Source: a virus | DNA: 64,000 nucleotides | Strand: one strand, 5' to 3' | Virus record (IMG/VR): IMGVR_UViG_3300024177_000003 | Coordinates: 5,683-69,682 of that record | Program-made: the position numbers and the translations under genes | Notes under the pieces: generated by a model | Databases searched by the model: none | The model's input: the letters and a program-made list of their open reading frames with translations, nothing else | Told to the model about the DNA's origin: nothing | Part shown: positions 9,290-18,845 of the stretch, one piece after another | Layout: each line of letters begins with the position of its first letter | How positions within the stretch are numbered: the stretch's first letter is position 1

Positions 9290-9820
9290 ATGCGTGCGCT
9301 CACAAAGCTCGATATTGCTGCAATCCGCAAAGCAGATACACTTGTCATTCACCTGAACAAAGCGAACCCACAAGGGACCGTTAGATGTGTCAAGCGGGCC
9401 GATTATACAATTGATCCTTATGCAAAAGACCAAAGCTATTCACTCGACTGCGATGTAGTGTTACGTCATGTCTACGGCGCGACTACCAGTGTTACCGACA
9501 CCGATATCGCTTGCTTTGGCCATGTCAGCATTTATTCCGGACAACGTTGCCCTGTCTATTGCATGTTGGAAACGTTGAAGGAGGGCGACGAATTGACATT
9601 TAGCTTTTACGCCGATGCACATTCAAACGGTTATATCGCCAAAGCAGGATTGCACGCCGATGTGCTCAATTTGCTTGTGCGTCGGCCGTTGAAAGACGGC
9701 AAGTCGCGCTATTACACATGGGAATTAAACGTTAGCATTTGCCCGGAAAACAGCGCTCGCATGTGTCGCAACGTTCCAGTGTCACGCTGGTATCTCGAAG
9801 CAGCAAGCGAAGCGGCGTGA
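9290..9820 (+). CDS. Hypothetical early protein
   Basis: Start directly follows the intergenic element (MRALTKLDIAAIRKAD). Confidence 0.75.
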   Translation: MRALTKLDIAAIRKADTLVIHLNKANPQGTVRCVKRADYTIDPYAKDQSYSLDCDVVLRHVYGATTSVTDTDIACFGHVSIYSGQRCPVYCMLETLKEGDELTFSFYADAHSNGYIAKAGLHADVLNLLVRRPLKDGKSRYYTWELNVSICPENSARMCRNVPVSRWYLEAASEAA

Positions 9821-10030
9821 ATCGCAGTCTGAACGGCACGCACCGTACCGTTCAAGCGGCGATTGTGCCGAAATGCAAAGGAAACGACTTATGAACAACA
9901 GCGCGGAAACACTTGTCATTCTTATTGTCGGCTTGATCGTCGGCGCTTTGCTTTATGCCGGCTCGCAACCAACCGAGGCTTGCAAGCACGACTACACGAT
10001 GTGTGATCGTGATTGAGTAAGGGGATAGCT

Positions 10031-10306
10031 ATGGACGTGAATGCAGCATTGGAACAAGCGCGCGCCGCGTACAAGCATTGGCTTGGAGGCGAACGTGGCG
10101 ATAAGGATATGGAGGTTTTTGGCGACTTGGCGGGGGCTTTCCACATTCTTGACGTATGGCTGTCAAATCGTGGCTACCTGCCGGCCGATTGGGCGGAAGG
10201 TCGTGTCATTCGCACCGCACCGCCGCTTGCAAATGAACGCGAACGTGGTCGCGCGGAGCTAGCACAAGCGCGCGATATCATGCAGCGGATCGAGGGTGAA
10301 CCATGA
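10031..10306 (+). CDS. Hypothetical protein
   Basis: RBS AAGGGGA; overlaps the next start (ATGA). Confidence 0.6.
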   Translation: MDVNAALEQARAAYKHWLGGERGDKDMEVFGDLAGAFHILDVWLSNRGYLPADWAEGRVIRTAPPLANERERGRAELAQARDIMQRIEGEP

Positions 10307-10533
10307 AATACTACGTCCAGCGCACATGTGCGGTGATGATTATCGAGGTTAACGAGATCGAAGCCGACGACATCGAGTCCGCAATCGAGGGTGCTGACAA
10401 CGGCGAAGGCAGGTATTTAGGCCTATCCGTCGGCGATTACGTTGATAGCATCGATGAAAGCTGTCAAGCGCGTCCCGCCGAGCCGTGCAACATACCAAGG
10501 CCTTTTTATCCGGCCGCTTCGATCGAACACTGA
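10303..10533 (+). CDS. Hypothetical protein
   Basis: Translationally coupled to the previous ORF; contains an IEADDIESAIE motif. Confidence 0.6.
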   Translation: MKYYVQRTCAVMIIEVNEIEADDIESAIEGADNGEGRYLGLSVGDYVDSIDESCQARPAEPCNIPRPFYPAASIEH

Positions 10534-10602
10534 CCGCAGTCTATGGCCATGCCGTGGTGTGGCCATACGCGGCGATCATGCCGAGCAAGGGAAACAAATA
10601 TC

Positions 10603-11118
10603 ATGTCTACGCGCGGAATGTTTACGATCAAAGGCAAGAACGGTAAAGACAGTTTCAATATTTACAAGCATCACGATATGTACCCGGAAGGGGCGGCGGC
10701 CGTTATTCGCATGGCGTTCGATGTGTTTGCGTGGCCATTGCCACGCTATGAATCGGATGAACTGGCGGCCGCTATTGTCGCCGCCGCCAAGTGTTCCGGC
10801 ATCATGCGCGTTATGCGGGCTCCCGACGAAAAGGCGCCGCACTACTACCTCGATGAAAGCTATATGCCGGGCGGTGAACTTGCGCGGTACCGCGGCGGCG
10901 GCACGCGGTTATTGCCGCAAGGCAAGCCGTTGAAGGTTGCATCTGCGCATTGCAGCGATATCAGATACCGCTATGAGATTTTTCAAAGCGATGACGGCGG
11001 GGTGCGTGTATGCGGATATAGCGTTGATGCCTTTGGCGATGAGCCAAGCGAGCAATTGTTGTTCGGTTGCGTCTTGGATAATCTGGCGACTGCCGTGGCA
11101 AAGGTGGAGGCGGCGTAA
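10603..11118 (+). CDS. Hypothetical protein, paralog 1 (MSTR...YKHxDxYP family)
   Basis: Highly similar to 11190-11714. Confidence 0.8.
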   Translation: MSTRGMFTIKGKNGKDSFNIYKHHDMYPEGAAAVIRMAFDVFAWPLPRYESDELAAAIVAAAKCSGIMRVMRAPDEKAPHYYLDESYMPGGELARYRGGGTRLLPQGKPLKVASAHCSDIRYRYEIFQSDDGGVRVCGYSVDAFGDEPSEQLLFGCVLDNLATAVAKVEAA

Positions 11119-11189
11119 TCACAGTTATTGTCCTGCTTGAACGGCAGGGCAGTAGCGGCGATCATGCCGATACAGCAAGGGAACTACCA

Positions 11190-11714
11190 ATGTCTACACG
11201 AGCACTCTACACCTTCACGGATAACGATGCCTCCTTCAACGTTTACAAACATTCCGACGGATACCCAACCGGCGCGGCCGCTGTGTTGCGGACGGCATTT
11301 GCGTTGTTTGCGTGGCCACGGCCGCGCTTTGAAGCCGATGAAGCGGCAGCGGCCTTTGTTGCCGCTGGCAAGGTGGCATCGCTGTTGCGCGTTGCCACCG
11401 ATGAAGCATGGGAGATTACCAATGTAACACTCGATACGGACTACATTCCGGGCGGTCAATATGCACGCTATCGCGGTGGCGGTGTGCGCCTCATGCCGCA
11501 AGGCGAGCCCAAGCGCGTTGCGGCGGAGCATTGCAGCGATATCGAGTACAGATACGAGGTTTTCCAAGGCAATGACGAAGCTTTGCGCGTACGCGCCTAC
11601 ACGGTCGATTATTGGCCTGATCCTACTAAGGGCAGTAAGGAGGAATTGATCATCGACTGCCGTTTGGACGAATTTACAGCCAAAGCCGTGCAATACGAAA
11701 AAGAGGACGCGTAA
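11190..11714 (+). CDS. Hypothetical protein, paralog 2
   Basis: Shares MSTR, FNxYKHxDxYP, FAWPxPR, ARYRGGG and HCSDIxYRYE with 10603-11118. Confidence 0.8.
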   Translation: MSTRALYTFTDNDASFNVYKHSDGYPTGAAAVLRTAFALFAWPRPRFEADEAAAAFVAAGKVASLLRVATDEAWEITNVTLDTDYIPGGQYARYRGGGVRLMPQGEPKRVAAEHCSDIEYRYEVFQGNDEALRVRAYTVDYWPDPTKGSKEELIIDCRLDEFTAKAVQYEKEDA

Positions 11715-11781
11715 TCACAGTTATTGCCCTGCTTGAATGGCAGGGCAGTAGCGGCGATCATGCCGATGCAAGGGACAAACA

Positions 11782-12018
11782 ATGCGTGAACAGCAAGAGG
11801 CGTTCGATGCTTTAATGCAGGATGATGCCGAATTAGCAGCAGAGGAATACGTTGCTTACCAGCGTGCGTTCGAAGAACGTAAAAACCGTAACAATATCAT
11901 CATCGCAGTCGGCATAACCGTGCTCATATGTTGGGTATTATTCACGCCGCGTAGCAGTGTTGGCTATGACATTGACGATGATGCACTGACGGCGTGTCAG
12001 GTGGAGGAGGTGCAATGA
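11782..12018 (+). CDS. Small membrane protein
   Basis: Hydrophobic segment IIIAVGITVLICWVLF. Confidence 0.6.
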   Translation: MREQQEAFDALMQDDAELAAEEYVAYQRAFEERKNRNNIIIAVGITVLICWVLFTPRSSVGYDIDDDALTACQVEEVQ

Positions 12019-12323
12019 ATTACGTCATTCACGGTGTCAGTGAACACTATTTCGTCAACAACGCCGGAGAAATCCGGCGCACGCGCAAAGGCTATGAAAC
12101 GCAGTACAGTGGACAATGGCATGTCGTCGCGCTGGTGCAACTGACCAATTTCGGCAACGTGACTTGCCGTATCCCGTTCAAAGATTGGGCAACGTGCGAC
12201 TGGTCGAAAATCCAATGGACGTTCAAGAACGGCAAGCCACGCTGGACGCTGGAAGATGACGACCACGGCAGACGGCGGCGGTGGAGTGAGGGGGTGCGAT
12301 TCGTAACGGGAGAAAAGCCATGA
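12015..12323 (+). CDS. Hypothetical protein
   Basis: RBS GGAGG; ATGA coupling with the previous ORF. Confidence 0.65.
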   Translation: MNYVIHGVSEHYFVNNAGEIRRTRKGYETQYSGQWHVVALVQLTNFGNVTCRIPFKDWATCDWSKIQWTFKNGKPRWTLEDDDHGRRRRWSEGVRFVTGEKP

Positions 12324-12502
12324 TGTATCGCGTCACCTGGACGATCGATATCGAAGCCGGCAGCCCGCAAGAGGCGGCGCGCAAGGCGTTGAAAATTCAT
12401 CGTGATCCTAAGAGCACCGCCACGGTTTTTGAGGTTGAGTGGCGGCACCGTGACGACGTTTCCGGTGGCATGACGATTGATCTAGGAGAATACCTGAGAT
12501 GA
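12320..12502 (+). CDS. Hypothetical protein
   Basis: YRVTWTIDIEAGSPQEAARKA, a recurrent small phage motif. Confidence 0.65.
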   Translation: MMYRVTWTIDIEAGSPQEAARKALKIHRDPKSTATVFEVEWRHRDDVSGGMTIDLGEYLR

Positions 12503-13013
12503 AAAAATACGCGTCTGATCTCAAACCGGGCGACATGTTCATGCACGACACGCAACGGGTTCGCGTGCTGGAGGTGGCGAATCACAGTTACGGTACGGTC
12601 GCGATCTACACCGATGCGCGGAGCAAACCGTTCGTGCTGCGCACCGATCAAGAGGTGGATGTCGGATGAAGCTACAGCGATGGCGTCCTAGCGAAAAAGA
12701 GAAAGAATTAAACAAGAAGATGCGACGACGCCGCGCCTATCTGCGGCGGCAAGCGCGCAAGAAAATGAGCAGACAAGTGTTCGACCAGATCGCAGAGGGA
12801 CTGAAGGAAGCGATTGCTGTCGCCAAAGGAGAAGCGAAACCTTACAAGCTCACGGTTTGTGACCGCGATCTGCGCGATTCCGACCCCTCGCGAGAGGGGA
12901 TATTCCGCGATCACAATTGCTGGCGCTGCCGGTCCGGCGAACTGCCGTGCGTGCAAGGCCATCCCCGGCAGTGTGAGTACCCCCATGCGAGAAACGATTA
13001 AAGGAATTTATTT

Positions 13014-13445
13014 ATGACCAGCAAACGATGGCCTTACAATATGCCTTACGCTCCAAAGCGACAGACATACAAGAAGAGAAGGCCGTTCACTCCGCTACCA
13101 CCTATCGTATGGTGTGAAGAAATGAAAGATAATTTTTACTACAAACTCGGTTATGAACATGGCTCCAAAGGAGCTACCGTATGGGATCACCCTGATTTTG
13201 ACACTTATGAGAAGAGAAAAAACATGGGGCGTGAAAACTGGTTCATATTTCAGATGGGACAAGAAGCCGGTGCTAAAACATATGTCAAGCCACCTCTTAC
13301 AATGCTTGAGAATATAGCTGTGTATGGTGCCATCGCAGGAGCATTGGCAGTCGGTGCCGGAGCGTATCTTGGAATATGCCCGACCTGCACAATTATCTTT
13401 AAAGGCCTTCGATTTTACGACGCCTTCACAAAAAAGAAACGGTAA
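13014..13445 (+). CDS. Hypothetical membrane protein, lower GC
   Basis: RBS AAGGA; C-terminal hydrophobic helix; AT-rich codons. Confidence 0.6.
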   Translation: MTSKRWPYNMPYAPKRQTYKKRRPFTPLPPIVWCEEMKDNFYYKLGYEHGSKGATVWDHPDFDTYEKRKNMGRENWFIFQMGQEAGAKTYVKPPLTMLENIAVYGAIAGALAVGAGAYLGICPTCTIIFKGLRFYDAFTKKKR

Positions 13446-13534
13446 GTGAAAAATGATTACGCTCGATTTGACAGACAACGGCGCGGACCTCACTCGCGCT
13501 CAAGAACGGGGCGCACCGCGCCCCGACCATTAGC

Positions 13535-14563
13535 TTATATGTAACCGAGGATGGCACCAAACTCACGAAAAATACGTGCGAATGTGTCTGCGTTGTTGCC
13601 GAGATAGAAAAAGACTTGGCCTTGTGTTGCGTTGCATGGGTTACCTTGTGTGTTGACGAAGCCGACGCGGCCGCGGGTGAAGCAGAAACGATCCGTAACT
13701 GTGGCAAGTTGGTGAAACCACGCCGTATCCGTATAGCTGTGTGTAAGAACGATCGCTTCGGTAACGCGACCGCTTTCGTATTCGGCGATTGTTTTTTCTA
13801 CGAAATTGGCAAGCAATGGTTTGGCGTAGGGTGGGTTCAACCAGACTTTGCCGCTCCATGTGTGCGCAAGGCCGTCGGTCTCTTTGGTAAAATAGGATTC
13901 GGCTTTGACGGTCTTTTGTGCTTGTTTGTGCGATGCCGGGTCGAGGTCGATAACGTGCATCACTTTACGGGCGGCATCGACATATTTGCGTGGCGTAAAC
14001 CATTCATTGATTCCAGTGCCTAAAGCGCGATGATTAGTGGCGGCAGTGGTATCACTTGTATTTTGGTTAGTATCACCGCGACTGGTACCGCTTGAGCTGG
14101 AGTCGGTGCTAGCAGTGGTATCGTTTGTATCAACGTCTGCGGTGCCATAATCTTCAACACCATAACCGGCAGCGCAGAGAATTTTATCGCGGTAGGCATC
14201 TCGATCTTTCAGGTTGCCGCGCCAGCGGGAGACCTGCTGCTGCTTGATGCCGGTCTGCTGCTCGGCGATGGCGCACGATGTAGATGAACGCAGGTCGGCG
14301 TGCGTCTTAAACCGGTTGCCTCCGGCTGCTTGTCGCACCGTGACGGTCTCGCTCCACCAATCGACGAAGGCTTGCTGGTCGTCGAGTTTAGCTTCGACAG
14401 CCTCAAGTAGCAGATCGAGATCGTTCACCTTCGCGGCGTAGTCGATCAAGGCTTCGAGTTTGGCTTGTTGCCTGCCGAATGTTTGCGGGCTGAACGGTTG
14501 AATGTTGGTGGTCTTGACGTTGAGGTTGTTCATTTTTGCTGTCTCTATTAGCCGGACCGTCAT
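13535..14563 (-). CDS. Phage DNA N6-adenine methyltransferase with an N-terminal extension
   Basis: NEWFTP, IDLDPAS, DGL..W.GKVWLNPPY and TDTAWF motifs of the phage Dam family. Confidence 0.88.
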   Translation of the reverse strand: MTVRLIETAKMNNLNVKTTNIQPFSPQTFGRQQAKLEALIDYAAKVNDLDLLLEAVEAKLDDQQAFVDWWSETVTVRQAAGGNRFKTHADLRSSTSCAIAEQQTGIKQQQVSRWRGNLKDRDAYRDKILCAAGYGVEDYGTADVDTNDTTASTDSSSSGTSRGDTNQNTSDTTAATNHRALGTGINEWFTPRKYVDAARKVMHVIDLDPASHKQAQKTVKAESYFTKETDGLAHTWSGKVWLNPPYAKPLLANFVEKTIAEYESGRVTEAIVLTHSYTDTAWFHQLATVTDRFCFTRGRVGFVNTQGNPCNATQGQVFFYLGNNADTFARIFREFGAILGYI

Positions 14564-14674
14564 TTTTTCTCCCCAGACCGTGGAATTTCGCTTGACACAG
14601 GTCTCATATTACCCAACTTTTGCGGTCCGGGCAAATATAGCACCGGTCACACGTAAACAGGAGGAGATTTTGCG

Positions 14675-15388
14675 ATGAAAGACTACAATGTGCAGCACAT
14701 CGCACTCGGTCAGATCGATAAGAACCCGCTTAATCCGCAGGGGCGCGGGGAGATCGGCGACATCAAGGATCTCTTGAAGTCGATCAACGATAGCGGACTA
14801 TACTACCCTATTCTGGTCAACCAGAAAGCCGATGGGCGCTTCGAGATCATCGAAGGGCACCGCCGCTATGCGGTTTTCCACTTCAAGGCGGAGCATCATC
14901 CCGACTACGCGCAGATTCCGGCGCTGGTGATCAAAGTCGGGGATGAATACCTGACCAAGATTTTTCGCGAGATCAACGATACCGCGAAAAAACTCACAGG
15001 ACGGCAATGGTTCGAGGTCTTCGCTCTCGGTGGTAAAGAGGCTGATATGCCGTCACGGCTTGCTCCATCGATCAAGGCGTTGGGGGAGCTGTTTGATAGG
15101 AACGAGTTGTTGGCCTTGGCGAGGCGGTCGGGGCCGTCGGTGCATGGCTTAGCGCGGCGTGTCGCGCAATTTTGCGGGTTTAATCCTGACGATAAGCCCA
15201 CGTTGCGTCGTATCGTGGCATGGCTGATCAATTCGGGTGACAGCGTGAATGTGCGGATCACGATGAAAGAGGGATCGGCCGAGAAAGTAAAGCACGCCAT
15301 TGCCGAGAAAAAACGGCTTAGCGGTCAACCGTTTCCGGACGGAGAAGTCGTTGCTTACGCGCCGCAGCGAATGCGCGCCGCTGCGTAA
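14675..15388 (+). CDS. ParB/Srx N-terminal domain protein
   Basis: NPLNP, L..SI...GL..PILV and IIEGHRRY motifs; RBS AGGAGGAG; TTGACA upstream at 14592. Confidence 0.85.
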   Translation: MKDYNVQHIALGQIDKNPLNPQGRGEIGDIKDLLKSINDSGLYYPILVNQKADGRFEIIEGHRRYAVFHFKAEHHPDYAQIPALVIKVGDEYLTKIFREINDTAKKLTGRQWFEVFALGGKEADMPSRLAPSIKALGELFDRNELLALARRSGPSVHGLARRVAQFCGFNPDDKPTLRRIVAWLINSGDSVNVRITMKEGSAEKVKHAIAEKKRLSGQPFPDGEVVAYAPQRMRAAA

Positions 15389-15403
15389 ATAAATTTTCAG
15401 GAC

Positions 15404-15422
15404 AGGGCGCGTTTCGCGCCCT
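15404..15422 (+). terminator. Hairpin after the ParB-like gene (possible terminator)
   Basis: AGGGCGCG-TTT-CGCGCCCT is a perfect 8-bp stem, but the U-tail is weak. Confidence 0.35.
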
Positions 15423-15576
15423 CTCCGCGGAGGAAGACCTAATCCGACTGCTGACGGCGTTGACGCGGCGTTCAAAATGTATTAAGCGAACCTGAACGGT
15501 TGCGGTATTGTTCGGTAGGTGAACAAAAAGTCAAGTTCGGCGTTCCGTGATCGGTGTAGCGTAGGAGTAGCGTGTC

Positions 15577-15792
15577 ATGCCGACCACATTCAAACGACGG
15601 ACGGTCAGTCCGCAGTATTGGCTCGATCGTGCCGAGGAAGCCTACACGCTGTCGGAGATCACCAAGTCGCCGAATCTGCGGGCGCTGCTGCACGGCATCG
15701 GTGTCGCGTATGAACGGCAGGCCTTGGTTGCTGAGCAGCAACTGGCAGCAGAAATTGACAACCAGAAAGCTGCATTGACAATTGTAAAGTGA
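15577..15792 (+). CDS. Hypothetical protein
   Basis: RBS AGGAG; YWLDRAEEA motif. Confidence 0.65.
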   Translation: MPTTFKRRTVSPQYWLDRAEEAYTLSEITKSPNLRALLHGIGVAYERQALVAEQQLAAEIDNQKAALTIVK

Positions 15793-16060
15793 CGTTACAT
15801 ATTGTCAACGTGTCGGCAAGGGAGGCACAGATGACAAAGGTGTTTCTGGCCTCGCTTTGCGACGGCGTGTGTGAACGGCAAAAGATCTTCGCCAGCAAGC
15901 GGGGCGCTTTTGTCTGGGTCTTGGAAGAGACCTTCACGCGCTGGTCCGCCGGCGAGATGTGCAAAATCATCGACTGCGCGATAGACGCGATTCCTCCCGG
16001 TGGGCACGGCAACGATGTCGGCACCGCCAGCTATTATATCGTGGAAATGGAGCTTGAACC

Positions 16061-16501
16061 TTGACGAAGAGCGCAACGGAAGCGGCGGATGCGGCTATAG
16101 CCGGACTGATAAAATCACTTGCACGGGCGACCGTCACCCGCAGCGTGCGTATGACCAATAACCCCGACGACATCAACGAATCGCATACCGTCATCTTTCA
16201 GGTCGGGCGGCCGGATGCGTTGGATCCCTACCATGCGAACGGGTCGGGGGAGATGTTTCGCAAGACCATCGACGAACATCCGACCGTTACCATACTGCTG
16301 TACATCCCCGGTTATGACGATGATCCGCGTGACTTGTGGGATATACCGGAGGTGGTGATCTACGTGCAACAGTTCGCCATCGCGGCCAAGATCGAAGACG
16401 CTGCAACGTTGCTGCCCCGCATCGGTGAACACGGCGTCGGGTTGCTGGCGGCCTGTGGCGTGCCGTCTTCGATACGGATGGTGCATGTCGATGCCCCATG
16501 A
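16061..16501 (+). CDS. Hypothetical protein
   Basis: GYDDDPRDLWDIPEV motif, a recognisable conserved-hypothetical pattern. Confidence 0.65.
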   Translation: MTKSATEAADAAIAGLIKSLARATVTRSVRMTNNPDDINESHTVIFQVGRPDALDPYHANGSGEMFRKTIDEHPTVTILLYIPGYDDDPRDLWDIPEVVIYVQQFAIAAKIEDAATLLPRIGEHGVGLLAACGVPSSIRMVHVDAP

Positions 16502-16859
16502 AGGTTTCACGGCGCCGATCAACGCGAAATGTTTTCTGGTCGGCCGTGTGCATGATCATGGACGGTTTCGCGTTCGCATCGTTTCCTGGGACGCACAGGA
16601 TGCCTTCCAGGCCATGAAACAAGGGGAGTCCGTTCGGCACGGGCTGCTCTATGCCCGCGTCAGCAATATCGAGGGACAGGTGATCGATGCTCGAAAAGGG
16701 GGATCTGGTGGAGTTGGAAGACGGTCTGTGGGGCCGCGTGATCGGGATTGATGCCGTCAACGGCACGGTCCTGGTGGCCAACCGTTATGGTAACAACGAA
16801 CCGTTCGAGAAATGCATTGTGGACGTCAAATTGGTGGCGCCGTTACGCGCGAGGAAAGC

Positions 16860-17132
16860 ATGAGCAAAGAGTCTCCCTGGAAGGCCGGCACGCAGCATGA
16901 CGCTACGCAGCAGGCGACGCTGCAAAACTTCATGTGCGAGGTCGTCGATCTGGCGCAGAAATACAAGCTGCAGGGCGGGGATGTGGCCTTCGTATTGTCA
17001 CAGCTGTTGACCGCTACGATGCTGATGGGGGGCTGCGGCCCGAATGCGTTTGACACAATACTGCGGTTTATGGCGCTGGAATTTCGCAAGATGCATAAAC
17101 AGCATGAACAAGACAAGAAAGACGGAGATTGA
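16860..17132 (+). CDS. Hypothetical protein
   Basis: RBS GAGGA before MSKESPW. Confidence 0.55.
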   Translation: MSKESPWKAGTQHDATQQATLQNFMCEVVDLAQKYKLQGGDVAFVLSQLLTATMLMGGCGPNAFDTILRFMALEFRKMHKQHEQDKKDGD

Positions 17133-17451
17133 CGTGGATACATTGACGGGTTTTGTCGCGGCCGAACGGGCCCGGCGCAAGGCGCGTGCCGCCCAGGATG
17201 CGGCCGTGTTTCTGGTGCGTGAAGGCATTGCGACGGTCGGCGAAGCGGCGCGCATTTCGGGTTGTTCCCGGCAGTCCCTGTACCAGTGGACGCGCGATAA
17301 CGATCCGATGCAGAAACGCGAAGCGCTGTTGCAGGAAGCGTATGAGTACGCCAAGGCGACATTCTTCAAGGATCCGGCCAAGCGCAAGCATAAGCGAAGG
17401 GGCCGGCCGCCGATCACGATCGCAGGGGTGCAGAAGGAGCAAGCGGCATGA
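17104..17451 (+). CDS. Helix-turn-helix protein
   Basis: TVGEAARISGCSRQSLYQW HTH and a KRRGRPP AT-hook-like tail. Confidence 0.7.
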   Translation: MNKTRKTEIDVDTLTGFVAAERARRKARAAQDAAVFLVREGIATVGEAARISGCSRQSLYQWTRDNDPMQKREALLQEAYEYAKATFFKDPAKRKHKRRGRPPITIAGVQKEQAA

Positions 17452-18822
17452 ACTGCCAACAAGATGGCCGGCTCCGCGACCTTGTCGATGGGTTGCGCGA
17501 TGTCGAAACACTGTTGGAGAATGTCGCCGAAGACCGGCCTGAATACGTTACGTCTCTCGAAATAACCGACGCCGGAAAAGCTGTCGAGAAAACAATCGCC
17601 TATCTGCGCGACCTTAGATACAGCGGAGATGTGTTCAAATGAACGAGGCAAGGGTGCGCAAGCTGGCCGACGCGATGTTCGACCCCGTTCTGGCCGCGGC
17701 AAAACGCGGTGCGCGTGAGCCGCTGGAGGCTTTCGACATGCTTGGAGCACTTGCGATCTTGAACGGCCGGGTCGTCGCGCTGCTGCGAGAAAATCTCTGT
17801 GAAAAATGTGCCACCGATGCGCTCGCGGCCTATGACGACATGCGGGCGTCTGCTATTGTCCAAGCCATTCACGCGATCAAGTGCAAGCCACCGTGTGAAT
17901 GAGGAGGGCTTAAATAATGGACGTCGGTCATGCCAAGGAACTTGAATACCTTATTCGCAGCACGATGATGTCCCCGGGCGTCGCCGATTGTCTGCGCGAT
18001 CTGATCAAGGATATCGAGCGCGCTGCCGTCCGGCAGTGGATCGCCCAAGTTGATAAAGGGCTTGAACAGGCTATGCTGGTCATAGCGAGAAAGCAGCAGC
18101 GATGAGCAACGAGCGCGTCGAGATTGAAGCCCACATCGTTGTCGAAACCGATGGGGCGTATCTGCTGGACGACGGCAGCATGGAAGAGTGGGTGCCGAAG
18201 AGCTGTTGTCAGGACAACGGCGACGGCACGGTATCGATCGATGAATGGATGGCAAAGCAGAAAGGATTTATTTAAGTGGCACAGGGACCGGGAAAATACG
18301 ATGATCTTGCGACCATCATACAGGCACGAACGGGGGCGCAAGGAATCATGCTTGCGGTCGTCGGTGGCGACAAAGGTGACGGCTTTAGCGTCATCGCGAC
18401 ACTGGACACTGCCCAAGCCATACCCCATGCGTTGCGAAAGGTGGCTGACGAGATCGAACGCGATTTGGCAGAGGATTCGTGCGATGCTTCCTCATGACGA
18501 ATTACATTATGTCGTCAAAGACCGCGTTAAGGAGCGGCTCGAATATTTCGCCTACGGCATGATCATCGGCGGCACCGTCGGCACGCTCTTGGGGATGTTC
18601 CTGGTGCTGTACGCGGCGCGGCCATGAAGCATGTCCCCGGCCTATAGGGAATTCGTCAAGCTCTACGGGGACTACACCGATGAAATCCTCTATACGGCCT
18701 GGTGCATCAAGCAGAAGCGCGAACGGATTGCCCGATTGCGCAGACAGCTCGCCAAAGAAGAGCGCGATCTGATACGATTGGAATCGGTGCAAACGACGAC
18801 TCGGGCGGCAGCGCGCCGTTGA
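17448..18822 (+). CDS. Run of small coupled hypothetical ORFs (17448-17642, 17639-17902, 17917-18105, 18276-18497, 18631-18822)
   Basis: Overlapping or closely spaced stop/start codons with RBSs; no recognisable domains. Confidence 0.5.
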
Positions 18823-18845
18823 AGGGGTATGAAGGGGGTGACCAA

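Larger units (their letters stand above)
6897..11781 (+). repeat. Dispersed intergenic hairpin element, 8 copies (~6897, 7372, 8281, 9216, 9820, 10531, 11117, 11713)
   Basis: Consensus (AT)CGCAGT-[~10-bp stem-loop]-AGCGGCGATYRTGCCG-..GCAAGGG-..ATG. Most copies fill the gap between a stop codon and the next start; the 6897 and 7372 copies are more divergent. Confidence 0.8.

Noticed and set aside
6897-11781. Intergenic hairpins as simple intrinsic terminators or hammerhead ribozymes
   Set aside because: No U-tracts follow the stems, and the hammerhead core (CUGANGA...GAAA) is not conserved across copies.
14675-15388. Plasmid-prophage partition system
   Set aside because: No ParA or plasmid Rep gene is visible, and ParB-like N-terminal domains are common stand-alone phage genes.
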